A stretch of 60,032 bases of DNA, the filler included, from Dugesia japonica (taxonomy: Eukaryota), in the NCBI GenBank assembly GCA_001938525.1. It is 5 parts of 5 records of this genome, joined end to end, with 100 filler letters (N's around TTAATTAATTAA, not from the genome) between each part and the next. Parts side by side here need not be neighbours in the genome. Positions count along the whole stretch, not along the records: positions 1 to 11,015 come from MQRL01623618.1; positions 11,116 to 25,509 come from MQRL01580035.1; 3 more parts are not named here. One strand, given 5' to 3'. Made by a program: the position numbers and the translations under genes. Below are positions 1 through 12,286 of this stretch, in pieces. The notes beneath the pieces were generated by a model. The model was given only the letters and a program-made list of their open reading frames with translations, did not search any database and was not told the DNA's origin. The stretch's first letter is position 1; each line of letters begins with the position of its first letter.

Positions 1-795
1 AAACTTCAATTACTGGCACTTCAATTACTAGCACGATCGACGGGGGGGGTCATCGTGCCAGTGCTGACGTATCCTACTACTAATGGATTAAAATTATTGT
101 AAAAAATAATTCTAATAAAAAATTGCATAATAAATTTAATTGATGGATTAAATTACCGATGATGTAATTACATCATANNNNNNNNNNNNNNNNNNNNNNN
201 NNNNNNNNNNNNNNNNNNNNNNNCGGCGGGGGGGTCTGCATGTGTGCTGTTCTTTAGCGCTACTATCTATCTACTCTTCATAACCATGAAAGTTGATTAA
301 AAATAAAAAAAGATAGAGGACACAAAAAGAAGAAAAAAAGAAAAAATTTTTAAATTTGGCGCCAAAAAAACTTTCGAATAAAAAGATTGAAAAAAATAAT
401 TTTTTAAAATTTAAATTTCCCGCCAAAAAACTTTTGAAATATGAATTTCTTGCTTAATTTATTTGTTAATTAAAACAAAAAATTTGAAATTCCAACAATA
501 CGAATTGGTTAATTCCAACACACACTTACCCAGCCCTCCCCGATCTCCCAAATCTTCTCCCTCTCCTCCAAGCACTCTAAAACGAACTTTAGAAATCAAT
601 AATCACTTTAAAAGTCAATATTCAGATCAAAAATCGATAATCAGATCAAAAATCAATAATTATCGATCGAGGGGGAGAGGTGAGGGGAGGGAGAGAGAGA
701 GGGGAATACAAATAAAATTTGTATTTTATTCTTATATCTATTTTGTAAAATACTAATAAAATATAACAATTTTCTGGGTACAATCTAATATATAA

Positions 796-1254
796 TTTCA
801 TTCAGATTACAAAGCGGATTTTTGCAGCTTATTTCCAGAAACTGATGTAGTATTTGGTAGCCTTGGTAATTTTTTTCATATTGACATAGAACAGCATTCT
901 GGAGGTTGGACAGCTAATCCTCCATTTCTCAATGATGTAATGAAGAAATTAGCCATTAGAATCAATGAAATTCTAGATGATGGCCATAAATGCTATTTCT
1001 TTTGCACATTCCCTTGGTGGGAAGATGACGAGGGTTGGATTATTCTCAACAACTCTCGCCACCTTCTAAGGAAGTTTAATATATCTCCTTATCATTTCAA
1101 TATTGAGGATGCATATGGGAAGAAGTTTATGCCAAAGATGTCCATAACTCTATTTGTTGTAGGGGAACTGCCCACAGTTGCTAAACTCATTGAACTAGGT
1201 AAAATCCTTGTAATTAACCCACAAGATATGTTGCCTAAAGAATGTCCTTGGTAA
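796..1254 (+). CDS. PCIF1/CAPAM-like cap adenosine N6-methyltransferase catalytic domain (5' incomplete or last exon)
   Basis: The frame of ORF 940..1254 is open from 796 and reads DFCSLFPETDVVFGSLGNFF...GGWTANPPFLNDVMKK...YFFCTFPWW. This matches the PCIF1 motifs CSxFPDTDxxFGSxG, ANPPF and FxxFxPxW. Possible splice acceptor tttcattcag ends at 805. Confidence 0.75.
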   Translation, partial: FHSDYKADFCSLFPETDVVFGSLGNFFHIDIEQHSGGWTANPPFLNDVMKKLAIRINEILDDGHKCYFFCTFPWWEDDEGWIILNNSRHLLRKFNISPYHFNIEDAYGKKFMPKMSITLFVVGELPTVAKLIELGKILVINPQDMLPKECPW

Positions 1255-1743
1255 TGGGTAATTCAATCTTATAATTTTACTGTTTCATTTATACTTAGTT
1301 TCGAGAAATATGAAAAAAATTGTCTTACAATAATTATAGCTATTGTTTATAGTGCTTAGATAGAAACAAATTGTTTCTTGTTCGTAGTCCACACTTTCGA
1401 TTTTAAAACTTCAAATTTAGTCCTCAGTGATTTCTTCAAGAAAAACAGATACTTTTTTGATTTTTGAATATTTCCAATCTTTTAAATTATAACGTGCTAA
1501 ATTTTTTTTGAATATCAGAACAAATTGTAACAATTTGGACAAATTATCAATTATGAAAAATTAAACAAAATTGCGGTACTCCAAACAAGATGCTCTTTGA
1601 TTCTTTTATATATTAGATTCAGCTATACTTGAATTTTTATTAAATAAAAACATTTTACCTAAATAAATTTTGATCATAATTATACTGTTAATAAAAATTG
1701 ATGATGTAAATACTATTAAATTATTTGGTTACCATGATATTCG

Positions 1744-1784
1744 ATATATATACATATATATATATTTATATATATATATATATA
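1744..1784. repeat. (TA)n microsatellite
   Basis: Imperfect TA run seen directly. Confidence 0.85.
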
Positions 1785-2389
1785 TTCCCGGTTTTTCTAT
1801 GTCTTGTAATTTGATGGTTAAAAGTCTATTTCATGAAAAACAGAGATTTACATAATTCCCCACGTTGGCCTTCGTAGTCATTCCAGTGTACTTTTCTCAC
1901 AGTGAACATAGACTTTATTCCTTTGCCTTTCTCGAATCATCTTATCACAGCCTGGAGTAATTATGTCAATGAATTTTTGATACCATTTTGTATTTAATCG
2001 TGTTTTCTACTATCATTTCCCTATCGAAACATAACAAGCTACATAACTTAAATAATATCAAATATGATATTGTAATATAGCTATACACACTGTCTAATGG
2101 ACACAGCTCTACTTTTTCTCATTTTAAAGATATCTGATCCATATCCCTTGTTAGCTGTCGCTAAGTTATTGGGTTCACTTTCAATCTCCATAAAATAATT
2201 TCAATAACTGCAATATTTATTTAACAATAAAAATTAATATTCTTATTCAGAATATTTAAACAAAGTTCTCAAGGCTAAATTATTTTAATGTTGACAAATT
2301 TACTGGCTATAATAATCAATATTAAATTTATTAAAACTATTTAAAATTGATGAATTTTAAAATTACAAATAGGAGTTTATTTTCAACTC

Positions 2390-3789
2390 CTAACATCCCC
2401 CTTTTTTATCTTTAATCTTTTCTATATTTTTAATCTCTATTTTTCCTGTAACATCTCTTAGTAAATAACTTCTTTCATGTATTTTCTTGATGATCGCATA
2501 TAGTCCTATATATCTATCTTGATCTTTATTAGGTATTTCTAGTTTAATTAGAACATCGTCTCCTACATCAGAATTCCGTGCTGTTCTTATGTCATCTTCC
2601 TTCTTTTGTGTTTCAATTTTCATCATCATTGCTTTTCTATCTACTTTTCTGTTACTAAACCATTTTGATCTATTTATTTTTCTTCCAAATACAATTTCTG
2701 TGGGGCTTACTCCGTTGGTTTTCTGAGTTTTTAAATTCAAATTGTACTCAATTTCTGGTAATATATCTGCCCAATTTGTATTGAGTCGATTTTTTAATGA
2801 TGCATGTATGTATTCTCTAATGGTTCGAAACTGTCTTTCCACCATGCCATTGATATTGTGATGGTATGGACTAGAGAATACTAGCTCAATTCTTGCTGCA
2901 TTTGTCACTTCCTTTACACTCTTTGCTTCAAAGCTTTTCACACAATCTACGTGTAATTCCTTCGGTGCCCCAAATTTTATTATCAAATTATTCAGTAAAA
3001 CTTTAACTATTTACTTTTCATCTTGTTTATTTATACCAGTCAATATTATATATTTACTGTAGTGGTCGATAATTGCACAAATACATCTCTCGTTTTAGTG
3101 TTTCTTTCCACGGTTCAAATATATCCATATATATTTTCTCGAACGTTTCATTTGCCACTACTACTTTGGTGTCTTTTTTTACGTTTGACGTAGCGCTCTT
3201 TGTCTTTTGAAATTGATCACATTCTGATATAATTCGTTTTACTTCAGCAACCAAATCTTTCATATCAAAATTATTTTTAGTATATTTAATTTTTTTCTGC
3301 TCCTGCATGACACAATAAGACACAAGTCTTTTTAATTATTTCTTGTCTATTGCACGATAGGACCCATATCCTGTTATGTTTTGTGTAAACAATGACATTT
3401 TCAATAATAAATTTAGCAGTCTCCTATCTATTAAACTCCTCAATTATTTTCTGTATTTCTTCGAAATTATTTTGCCAATTTTCACCATTATCTTCCGCCA
3501 TGATAGTTAATAATCTCGTTCTTCATCGCCTATTTTTGATTGATCATGATCCATTAGACATTGTACGCATGTTCCGCATATATTTCTTGAAAGCATATCT
3601 GCATTACCATGTGCTGTACCTTTTTAAAATTCCATCTTAATATCCAGGCTACTCAAATAATTGATCCATTTTTGGAATTGTGCCGCTATTGGTTTTTTAG
3701 TAGTTAGCATGAATGTAATCGATTTATGATATGTGCGTAGTGTAAATTGTTTACCATAAAAGTAGTGATTGAAATACCGACAGAAATAG
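2390..3789 (-). mobile_element. Degenerate Ty3/Gypsy pol 3' end (RNase H end + integrase) with PPT; 3' LTR starts at 2395 going leftward
   Basis: YFYGKQFTLRTYHK, WINYLSSLD, KFGAPKELHVD, SPYHHNINGMVERQFRT, GLYAIIKK. Polypurine tract AAAAAAGGGGGA is followed by TGTTAG at 2395 on the minus strand. Multiple stops and frameshifts. Confidence 0.9.
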
Positions 3790-4560
3790 TGTTGAGAATT
3801 GAGAATCGCCAACACACAAAACACAACATGCAAACATAACATCACACAAAACACAAAATGCAAACATAACATCACACATCATCAAATTTAATTCAATATT
3901 CGAGAAAATCCAATAAATCCTCAAGCAATTCAATTATTAGAAGAACAATATTTCTGTGAATTAGTTTTTATTTTGTTGTTTGTAAATTATACGGATCAAT
4001 AATTTTTACATCGATGGTTTTATTTTATGTATGAATAATTTTGATTTTATAATGAAATGAAGAAAAATCGATATAAACAATAATTCTTATGCATCAATAA
4101 TTTTAAGTTTATATATTTTTTTGATAATCTTGTAAATGTAATAGTGAGTGTATGAAACCCACTGATGTAAAATCAGTATAAATATTGATTAGTTTTAGTA
4201 GATAGTCAGTCATTCTATTTGCAGAGACTCTAACCTCTTCGGGCAGCAGTCCTCTGTTAAATTAAATTTCTGCGCTTAGACTTGTAACCAAAATGCTTAT
4301 GTTTTGTATACATCAAAAATAAACATTAAAAGGTTAATTGTTTACTTATTTGTATAGGAAAACTGTTACACTATATTACCATATTTATACGTTTTTGATT
4401 AAAATATCTAGTATATAATAATGTATCAACACATCAAGGGAAAAATCAATATCCGTAAATTAATACACATAGTATCGTTCAATAGTTTACAATCATGAAC
4501 CATAAAATCTCTTTGTTGAGTTTAAATACCCAACAAATTTAGTGCCGCGAACCGGGAATC
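3790..4560 (+). mobile_element. LTR (3790-4535, TGTTG...CAACA) followed by a primer-binding-site-like sequence, inserted in the Gypsy copy
   Basis: Terminal TGTTG/CAACA. It is followed by TAGTGCCGCGAACCGGGAATC, which resembles the complement of a tRNA-Phe/His 3' end. Shares blocks with 49680-50106 and the 3' end at 57510-57536. Confidence 0.7.
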
Positions 4561-4726
4561 AAAATAATAAAAAATATTAAAATAAATTTAAAATCAAGTG
4601 GGTGTTCAGACTTTTATTAAAATAATACGTGTATTATTCAGTTTGGTATCAGATATTGGATAACAGAAATCCTACAACGATCTTTTACCAAAGTTGAATA
4701 TAGTGTGTTTCCATAGAATCGGTAAA

Positions 4727-5560
4727 AATCAAAATGTCATCTAAATATACCATTACTTCATTCTTCCACATCTCTTTTAATATCTTATTCATCAATTCTT
4801 GGAATGTTCCAGGAGCTGCCGCAATGCCAACTGGCATTCTATTAAAACAAAATTAACTATTCTCGCTTTCTGTCTTCTTTCTAAATTTTTGTAACATTCT
4901 GTGGTTTTATGTCCTCACAAAAGACATCTTCCACACTAAATTGTTGGGCATTTTCTGTGCATGTGCTCTAATGCTCCACATGCATAGCATTGAATATTTT
5001 TTTTCATTTGCCAATCTCTGTTTATAACCCCTGGTTTTTGGCATGTCCAACAAACTGGAATTCGTCTATTTTCATCATATTTATTTATTTTCATATTTTC
5101 ATCTCTCAACTGTCTCTTCTGTACCACATCTCTATAACTTCGGACATTCTTTGTTGTTGAGGTTCTGAGAATATTGACATGACCAATTGCTTTATTTACC
5201 TTTTCAACTTTCTTTGTTGTTGATCTGATTTGTTCTGATGTTCTTAATTCTCGCATTTCAATTTCTTTTTTTTACATCTTTATCTCCAACACAATGCATT
5301 TATAAGCATTTTTCTATTTCGCCTTCGTCCTATTTATGAATAATTAACTTTTTTGTCAATCTTTTGATTTTATCGATGAATATCTCTGCCGAATCGTTGC
5401 CTTGTTCATAATTTAAAGCCTTTTTCAGACCTTCTATTAAAGAAATTGGTTTCTGGAAGGCATTTTTGAGCTTTGCTTCAAACAATTTTCCTTCTGCTGT
5501 TTTGTATTCTTCCAACAATCCTTTATCCAACAAGTTGTTGGGTTGGCAAGAAAGTAATTG
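4727..5560 (-). mobile_element. Gypsy gag (two degenerate zinc knuckles) joined by deletion to an RT fragment
   Basis: CWTCQKPG and CYACGALEHMHRKC knuckles. 4727-4856 reads FCFNRMPVGIAAAPGTFQELMNK...MVYLDDILIF. Confidence 0.88.
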
Positions 5561-5619
5561 CTGCTTTTTTGAAGAAAAAAAGGTCTTAAAACAATATGAA
5601 ACAATATATTTTTATTAAA

Positions 5620-7950
5620 TATTGAATTGTCCATTGTTCTCAAGGACCTGTTCCCATCTTCCAGAAAGCAAACAAATTCCTCGTTCATAAAAACTAAATA
5701 CATCTGATAACAATGAAACGGCTTCTCCCAAACATCCGCTTAACAATAACACCAAATCAGTAGACCTTGATGAAGATATTCTATCTGTTGATCTTTTTAT
5801 CAGCNTAAGTAAAATGCTGCGTCACCTAGCAACAAAGAAGATAGCTCCGTTTTCTCTGCCACAAGCTCTGAGATTGAAGCTAATCAAAATAAAAAATCTT
5901 CTAAACAAGAAAACATAGGCATAAATGATGTTCAATTATCTGATTCAACGGACAATGAAAATTTTTCTGACAACCTGAGCATTAAAAGCAAAAATTCCGA
6001 ATCAGACATATGCACTTCTAACAGATTCCAAAGAGAAAGAAAATATTCATTACATTATTCTACGAAAGAACAATTCTCTCGCCACACAGTGAAACTACTT
6101 CTCTCAAGATTACACCATCCAAAGATCACTCAATCCGAAGACTTTGATGAGGATCTTCTATCAGCTAGTATGTTAACCTCCAAAAGAAAAAAACCTATCA
6201 TCTATGTTTGAGACGCAAATTCCGATGATTTGTTAGACTGTTGCAAAATTCACCTACTCTAGAAATAGGTGTTGATAAAAAAAACAACTACTCAACTTTA
6301 TTAACAATACGCAATTTGTTCTCGTTGATGACCTAGACAATCAGCCAGATCCAAAAAAGATCAGCAGGCAATCATCAGCTCAAGAAGTAGTTGAAACAAA
6401 TGATCAACTTACGAATGCGATACAAAATATCCTTTTCACAGAAGAATATAACAAATACGCATTAATTGAAACAAAACCTATCAACAATGAAAAATGTACT
6501 CCCAAAAAAGCAAGGAAGTTGACGTCTTACGATGTGAAGACACTTGGAACTATTTATCCAAACAAACTTATTGCATATCAAATAAGCATCGAAATAAAAT
6601 TAAAATGCACACATCGAGCACTCACTGGATCCTTTTCTATACAGACAAAGATAGATCCTGATTGATCCAGCTTCAACATACCTCTCAGTCAAACCGATAG
6701 ATCTTCATAGTAAGCTTAACAATATTATTTCCAATATTTGCTGTCCTAAAGAAAACATCAACCTAACAATTACAACATCATACAATCATCCTACTCAAAC
6801 AAGTAACCATGATTGTGAGATTTTTGTGATACATTTTACAAAATGTCTCCTCAATAACAAAATCTTTACTGTACNNNNNNNNNNNNNNNNNNNNNNNNNN
6901 NNNNNNNNNNNNNNNNNNNNNNNNNNNNNNNNNNNNNNNNNNNNNNNNNNNNNNNNNNNNNNNNNNNNNNNNNNNNNNNNNNNNNNNNNNNNNNNNNNNN
7001 NNNNNNNNNNNNNNNNNNNNNNNNNNNNNNNNATAGAAAACTCAAAATAGTTCCTAACAAGCTTATCATTAAAAAGGCAAAACACACTTTTCACAAGATC
7101 AGAGACGATCTAACTGAATCTAAAGAAGGCACAATGAACACAGCCGAAACGCTCAATGAAGCATCTAGATCAGTGTTTCCCATCGTAANGTCTACGTGAT
7201 ATTCAGGCTTTTGAGGATTTTCACACTACCAACGAAATAATATTAAATGAAATCAAAACTGCTTTCAATAGCACTTCAAAATCCTTACTCTGGATGTATA
7301 GAATCACTTACTCCGACTGGCTTAAAATCGACCGTAATCATTTTTTTACAAGCTCCTTTTAACAGAATTCTAAAGATTAAGAATATACGTGGTCAATGAA
7401 AAATGATTTATACTAATATCATCCTGAAATCGGGTAGAGAAGAGAAATCTCATCAAGTCTCATCTTGGATTCCTATAACAATTATTAATATATCATACCA
7501 GTTATTTGTAATTGTTATTAACAACATATTTTTCTGTAGTATTTCAGTAGAAAAATTATTCTCACCAACTCAAAATGCGTTTAACATATCAGATGGATGT
7601 ACACATTACAATTCTACAATACAATTAATTAGAGAGAAGGCTGAGCGCGAGAAATGAAATCTTAACCTTACTTGACTTGATCTGGCAGATGCCTTTGGAA
7701 GTATTCCTCATGAGTTGCTCTGGTACATGCTCAAACTAATAGGAATACATCATGAGACCATTAATCTTCTTAATGAGTTATACAGAGACATTTACTATTC
7801 TTACACATGTTTAGACATAACAACAAGCGATACAAAAATCATCAAAGGAGTCAAACAAGGAGGCCCTATGTCTATGACGCTTGCTAGCCTGACCATTGAA
7901 TTTATTATTAGAGAAACCTCAAAAGCATTTCCTATGAAAATAAATTATAA
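5620..7950 (+). mobile_element. Degenerate non-LTR retrotransposon, R2/NeSL-like: Ulp1-type cysteine protease upstream of RT
   Basis: STHWILFYTD (~6617-6646) and HPTQTSNHDCEIFVIHF (~6787-6837) match the Ulp1/C48 HW and QxNxxDC motifs. RT motifs are WIPITI, LDLADAFGSIPHELL and KGVKQGGPMS. Confidence 0.8.
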
Positions 7951-9379
7951 ACCTCACTGTTTCAAGTTAAATCAAGTTCAGACCAAGCAAACAAAAACCT
8001 GCTAATTTGTTGGGTCCGTCCATATCGTCTTTAGCTTGCCCAATACAAAAACTAGATGAAAATTTGAAACTAAAATTAGGAAACGATTGCAAACTGCCCA
8101 TTGTTTATGTGAAATGAGTTTATCCTAGTACTACTAATGTTAGTTATTATTAATTACAAAGTTAAAGTATCACAAGATGTAACAAGCAAAATGAAGTTTC
8201 CTATTGGTAAATCTTAGCAATTTGTTGACAAAATCGAGAAATATACAATAATATTCTTTAAATCAGAAAATTGTCAAATGATTGGTTGCAAAATACCGCT
8301 AGAAATGAATAAATTACAGTATGATATTAAAGAAATACGTTAGCAATCATTAGCAATAAATAATCAATTTAGGATCGATTTGTATAAATTAGAAAAATAA
8401 CACAATGCTGGCTTGAACCAGAATTTTTTCCTGCAATACGACTTATTTTCAATTTTTTTTCAAGGTCATCAAATTATAGTAGAAACATTATATCGCGTCG
8501 AACTTTACGATCAAATGACAAACAAATTGGTTTAAAAAGTTATTAAACAAAGAAATAAAGAAATAAAAACTACTTATACATTAATGAAAATAAAAACAAT
8601 TTTAAAACGAATATTTATTTGATAAAATGTAATTAACATTCAATATAACCAAATATATCTATTGATTTTTCTAAAAGGTCCGTACCTTTAATTACCAGTA
8701 TTTTTTTCTTCTATCATTGATACTCTTTCTACTGTTTTTACATCAACTTTCATTTCAACATCCTGTTGAATATTTTCAAAGTTATTCATTATTTAAATAA
8801 TAAATTAATAAAAATATCTTACCTATAGATTCAACAAATGTTTCCTTCTTCTCTTCTTCTTTCAAATCTACAACATTTTGTTGATTTTCAATAGAATAAT
8901 TTTATATCAATATATTCAACCATATCATCTATAACTTTATCTAAATTCATTGTTAATAAAATGAAAAATGTTGATTTTGTTTATATTGACTATTGTTGCA
9001 ACTTCATTTTCTTTGTTTAACTTACATTCTTATTGCTAACCTACATTACTAATGCTCTTTGTATACTTGCATTCATGTTGCATTGTCTTTATTTAACTTG
9101 TATTCCAGTTGCACATGTATGAGTCAAAGTTTTTGTTGACTTGCATCTGTATTGCATTTTCTTTGTTTAAATTTCTTTATCGAAATATTTTTTAGCCCTA
9201 ATGAGGACTAATATACTATCAATCAATATTTGTGGTCCTAAAAAGGACGGGTACACGTTCACATATATAAACCTTTCTTCTTTTTCCTAATTATAAAGGT
9301 TTTTAATATTTTCTAAAATAAAATAAAGTCATACCTTGAGGTAGATTGGGTTGATCTCGGTTGAGGAAAAGTATTACAA

Positions 9380-10205
9380 TGTATAATGCCCGTATGGTAA
9401 GCTTATAATTTTCTCTGTTTATACTCGCTTATCATCCTTATTAGACAGAGTTACTTTCTTACTTTTAATGCTGTAGTGCTGATGATTTTTTGATTTTTTT
9501 CAAATTTTCTCAACTGAAACCGTTTCATTATTATTATAAAAGTCAAGGTTTGACTGATGACAAATTTCAGTACCTTTTAATGTTATACCCTTCGCTTTCA
9601 TTGATTCTTTCTCACTAAGTTCTTTGATTCTTTCTNNNNNNNNNNNNNNNNNNNNNNNNNNNNNNNNNNNNNNNNNNNNNNNNNNNNNNNNNNNNNNNNN
9701 NNNNNNNNNNNNNNTGAATTGTAGAATTGTTGTTGTAAAGGGAATGGGTTGTGTTTTAATTGGACGTATCTAATAGCTGGTCTTTCACCATTAATCTGGT
9801 TAGTTTTTCCAATTTTATGTTCTTAATCCCCAGAAAAAAACTATCCATATCATCGGCTACAATATTTATCTCACAATTTTCTTCTTTTCTGTACTTTTCC
9901 AACTCAATGGTACATTCTTAACATTGAGAGGTCCAGTACAGTCTGTTCAATGTAGCTCGGTTTATTCAAACACATTTTCTCTTTGTTCAACCAAATAGCT
10001 ATAAGATCATCATCTATTTTTTATGTTTTTCAAAATCCAGCTTTTGATGTATATGCCATCAATTTTAAGCTGAATTACACAATCTTAGATTCAATCTCTT
10101 CTTTTAATTCTCAACTGTTTTACCATACAGGCTATTATTCATAAGCTTATAATAATTCTTCTCCAACTCTGATTTACACTCTGATCTTAATTTAGTGTTA
10201 ACATC
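9380..10205 (-). mobile_element. Polinton/Maverick protein-primed DNA polymerase B, C-terminal remnant
   Basis: Manual translation gives NTKLRSECKSELEKNYYKLMNNSLYGKTVEN, LNKPSYIEQTVLDLSMLRMY, ADDMDSFF (degenerate DTDS), MKAKGI and KVTLSNKDDKR...SLPYGHY. Confidence 0.85.
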
Positions 10206-10444
10206 TATATATTGTTTAAAAATAGATGCATGGCTGAACTCTATACCACTGTTGTCTCTTTGTATTTGTACACCCTGTTAGGTAATTTTAAAAATTCGTA
10301 AATATTTAATTCAAAAAGGTTTTTATTAAATCAATATTTATTAGTTAAAAGACAAGTTTTAAAAGAAACGATCAAAAAGCATAAAGAATTTCAAAGAAAA
10401 ATTATTTGTATTTTAAATAAAGTATTGAATCAAAAGTCTTTTAG

Positions 10445-11015
10445 TTGATTGAAATGAAGAAAACAAATAAAACTAACATGGCGACCAACGTATCAATAGA
10501 TCTGCTTAGCAAAGCAATATTTCTTGGAATCTTCAAGAAAAGTGACGATGTTGAAATGTTTATTAAGAAGATCACAAAATATTATGATTTGTCCGTAACA
10601 AATACAAGTTGTAGAAGCAAATTTGTAGTAGTTTTTCTTAATAAAGAACTACGCAAAATTTATGAAAACGAAAATAAAGCTATAGGATATGAAGAAAATA
10701 TGAGAATAGCTTTCATAAAGCCATCATCAATGATTAAAGACATAGAAGAAGCTCTAAGTTACCGAAAGCATGGAGAGCATGTCAGTATATATACAACAAT
10801 TAAGGAAATGGTAAATAAGATAATGTATTACAAATGAAGCAAGGAATCTTTAACAAAGGAATTAATAATAAACAGTTGCGATAAAAATAAGATAAAGCTT
10901 AAAATCAAGTCTGTAAAAAAGGATAAAGTAGAAGAGATCTTTCAAACAATAAAAGACGGTGACAACTTAAAAGAAAAAATGAAAATGGATGATGTCAATG
11001 TAGTACACATCAATA
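10445..11015 (+). mobile_element. Gypsy gag N-terminal part, cut by scaffold end
   Basis: AFIKPSSMIKDIEEALSY is homologous to AFQKPISLIEGLKKALNY in the gag at 5330-5533. Confidence 0.7.
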
Positions 11016-11115
11016 NNNNNNNNNNNNNNNNNNNNNNNNNNNNNNNNNNNNNNNNNNNNTTAATTAATTAANNNNNNNNNNNNNNNNNNNNNNNNNNNNN
11101 NNNNNNNNNNNNNNN
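11016..11115. other. Artificial scaffold spacer (44N-TTAATTAATTAA-44N)
   Basis: Six-frame-stop 12-mer at 11060-11071, centred in exactly 100 bp. Confidence 0.95.
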
Positions 11116-11188
11116 TATTTTTATATTTTTATATTTTTATATTTTTATATTTTTATATTTTTATATTTTTATATTTTTATATTTTTAT
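11116..11188. repeat. (TATTTTTA)n minisatellite
   Basis: Direct 8-nt tandem repeat. Confidence 0.85.
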
Positions 11189-11909
11189 TGTTTCTAATTA
11201 CAAAACACATTATATAAAAATTAAAATGTTTTACTAACTAAGTTGAAATTCATTAGATTTAAAGTATTTAAAGAAATTTAAGATTTTTAGAATTAAAATA
11301 AATACAATCAATTTAAAAAGAAAATGAATAAATCATTTTCCTGTCATAGGAGATAATTCAAATACTTATCACAGAAGCACTGAATGAAATGCATAACAGA
11401 AGAGAATAAAATTGATTTTTTATTCGGAAAAAGAATATTTTACATTTTTAATAATGAGAAAATATTAAATAATTGTTTGATTTTTTTCTGTTCAGTTTTG
11501 ACAGTTATAGTTCCTAATAGGAAGTTTTATAATTTTAGTAAAAAATTTCAAATATTTATTGCATAATTTAATTTTTGTTTATACAAATCAATATTGATAA
11601 ATTAAAAAATGAATAATAATAATAACTAATAAATAACATCAATAAAATATTAAAAATATTTTAGTAACAAATAGCTCAGGCTATGCAAAATGTTTAAAAT
11701 TTTTAGAGTATATTTAATTTATTATAGTATATTAAAATTTGTATTTAAATTTAGAATTTAATTTTTTGAAATCATGATATGTAATTTTTGTAAAATAAAT
11801 TATGGAATATTTTAAATATTAAAATATTAAATTAGATATTTTTAAAATATATATGAAATTTATTTTATTTATGTAAAAATATTTGAAAAAATATGTGTCA
11901 ATTTATCTC

Positions 11910-11985
11910 TTTGTCGATTTGTCTGTGTCGATTTGTCATGTCTCGAATTGTTGTACCGATTTGTCATGTGTCGAATTGTCTGGTC
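11910..11985. repeat. ~15-bp tandem repeats (tgtcgatttgtcatg-like)
   Basis: About 5 imperfect copies. Confidence 0.7.
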
Positions 11986-12286
11986 ATCATTGATTCTTTT
12001 AAACTTTCAACAAAAATCTAAACAATTTGTGATTAAATAAATATTCATTGAAACTTGCTATATTGTTAACAAAACTAATAATATTGATTTTACGATTTAG
12101 AGGTTCAACCACATACTTTTTCATACTTTAAGTCGTTGTTTAACTTTTAAACTAAATTTCATAAAAATTATCCTATTAATATTTAAAATTATATTATTTG
12201 ATTATTTAATTCTTTCAATTTTTACTCAGAGTCTAAATAATTATTTCAAATTTAAATTTCTAAAATCTTCAATTATTAAGTAGTAG

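Noticed and set aside
463-756. 97-aa Pro/Ser- and Arg/Gly-rich ORF
   Set aside because: It arises from a CT-rich tract and an opposing GA-rich tract (a loose inverted repeat) and has no domain signal.
11910-11985. Short repeats suggestive of a CRISPR array
   Set aside because: There are no unique spacers, no cas genes, and the context is eukaryotic.
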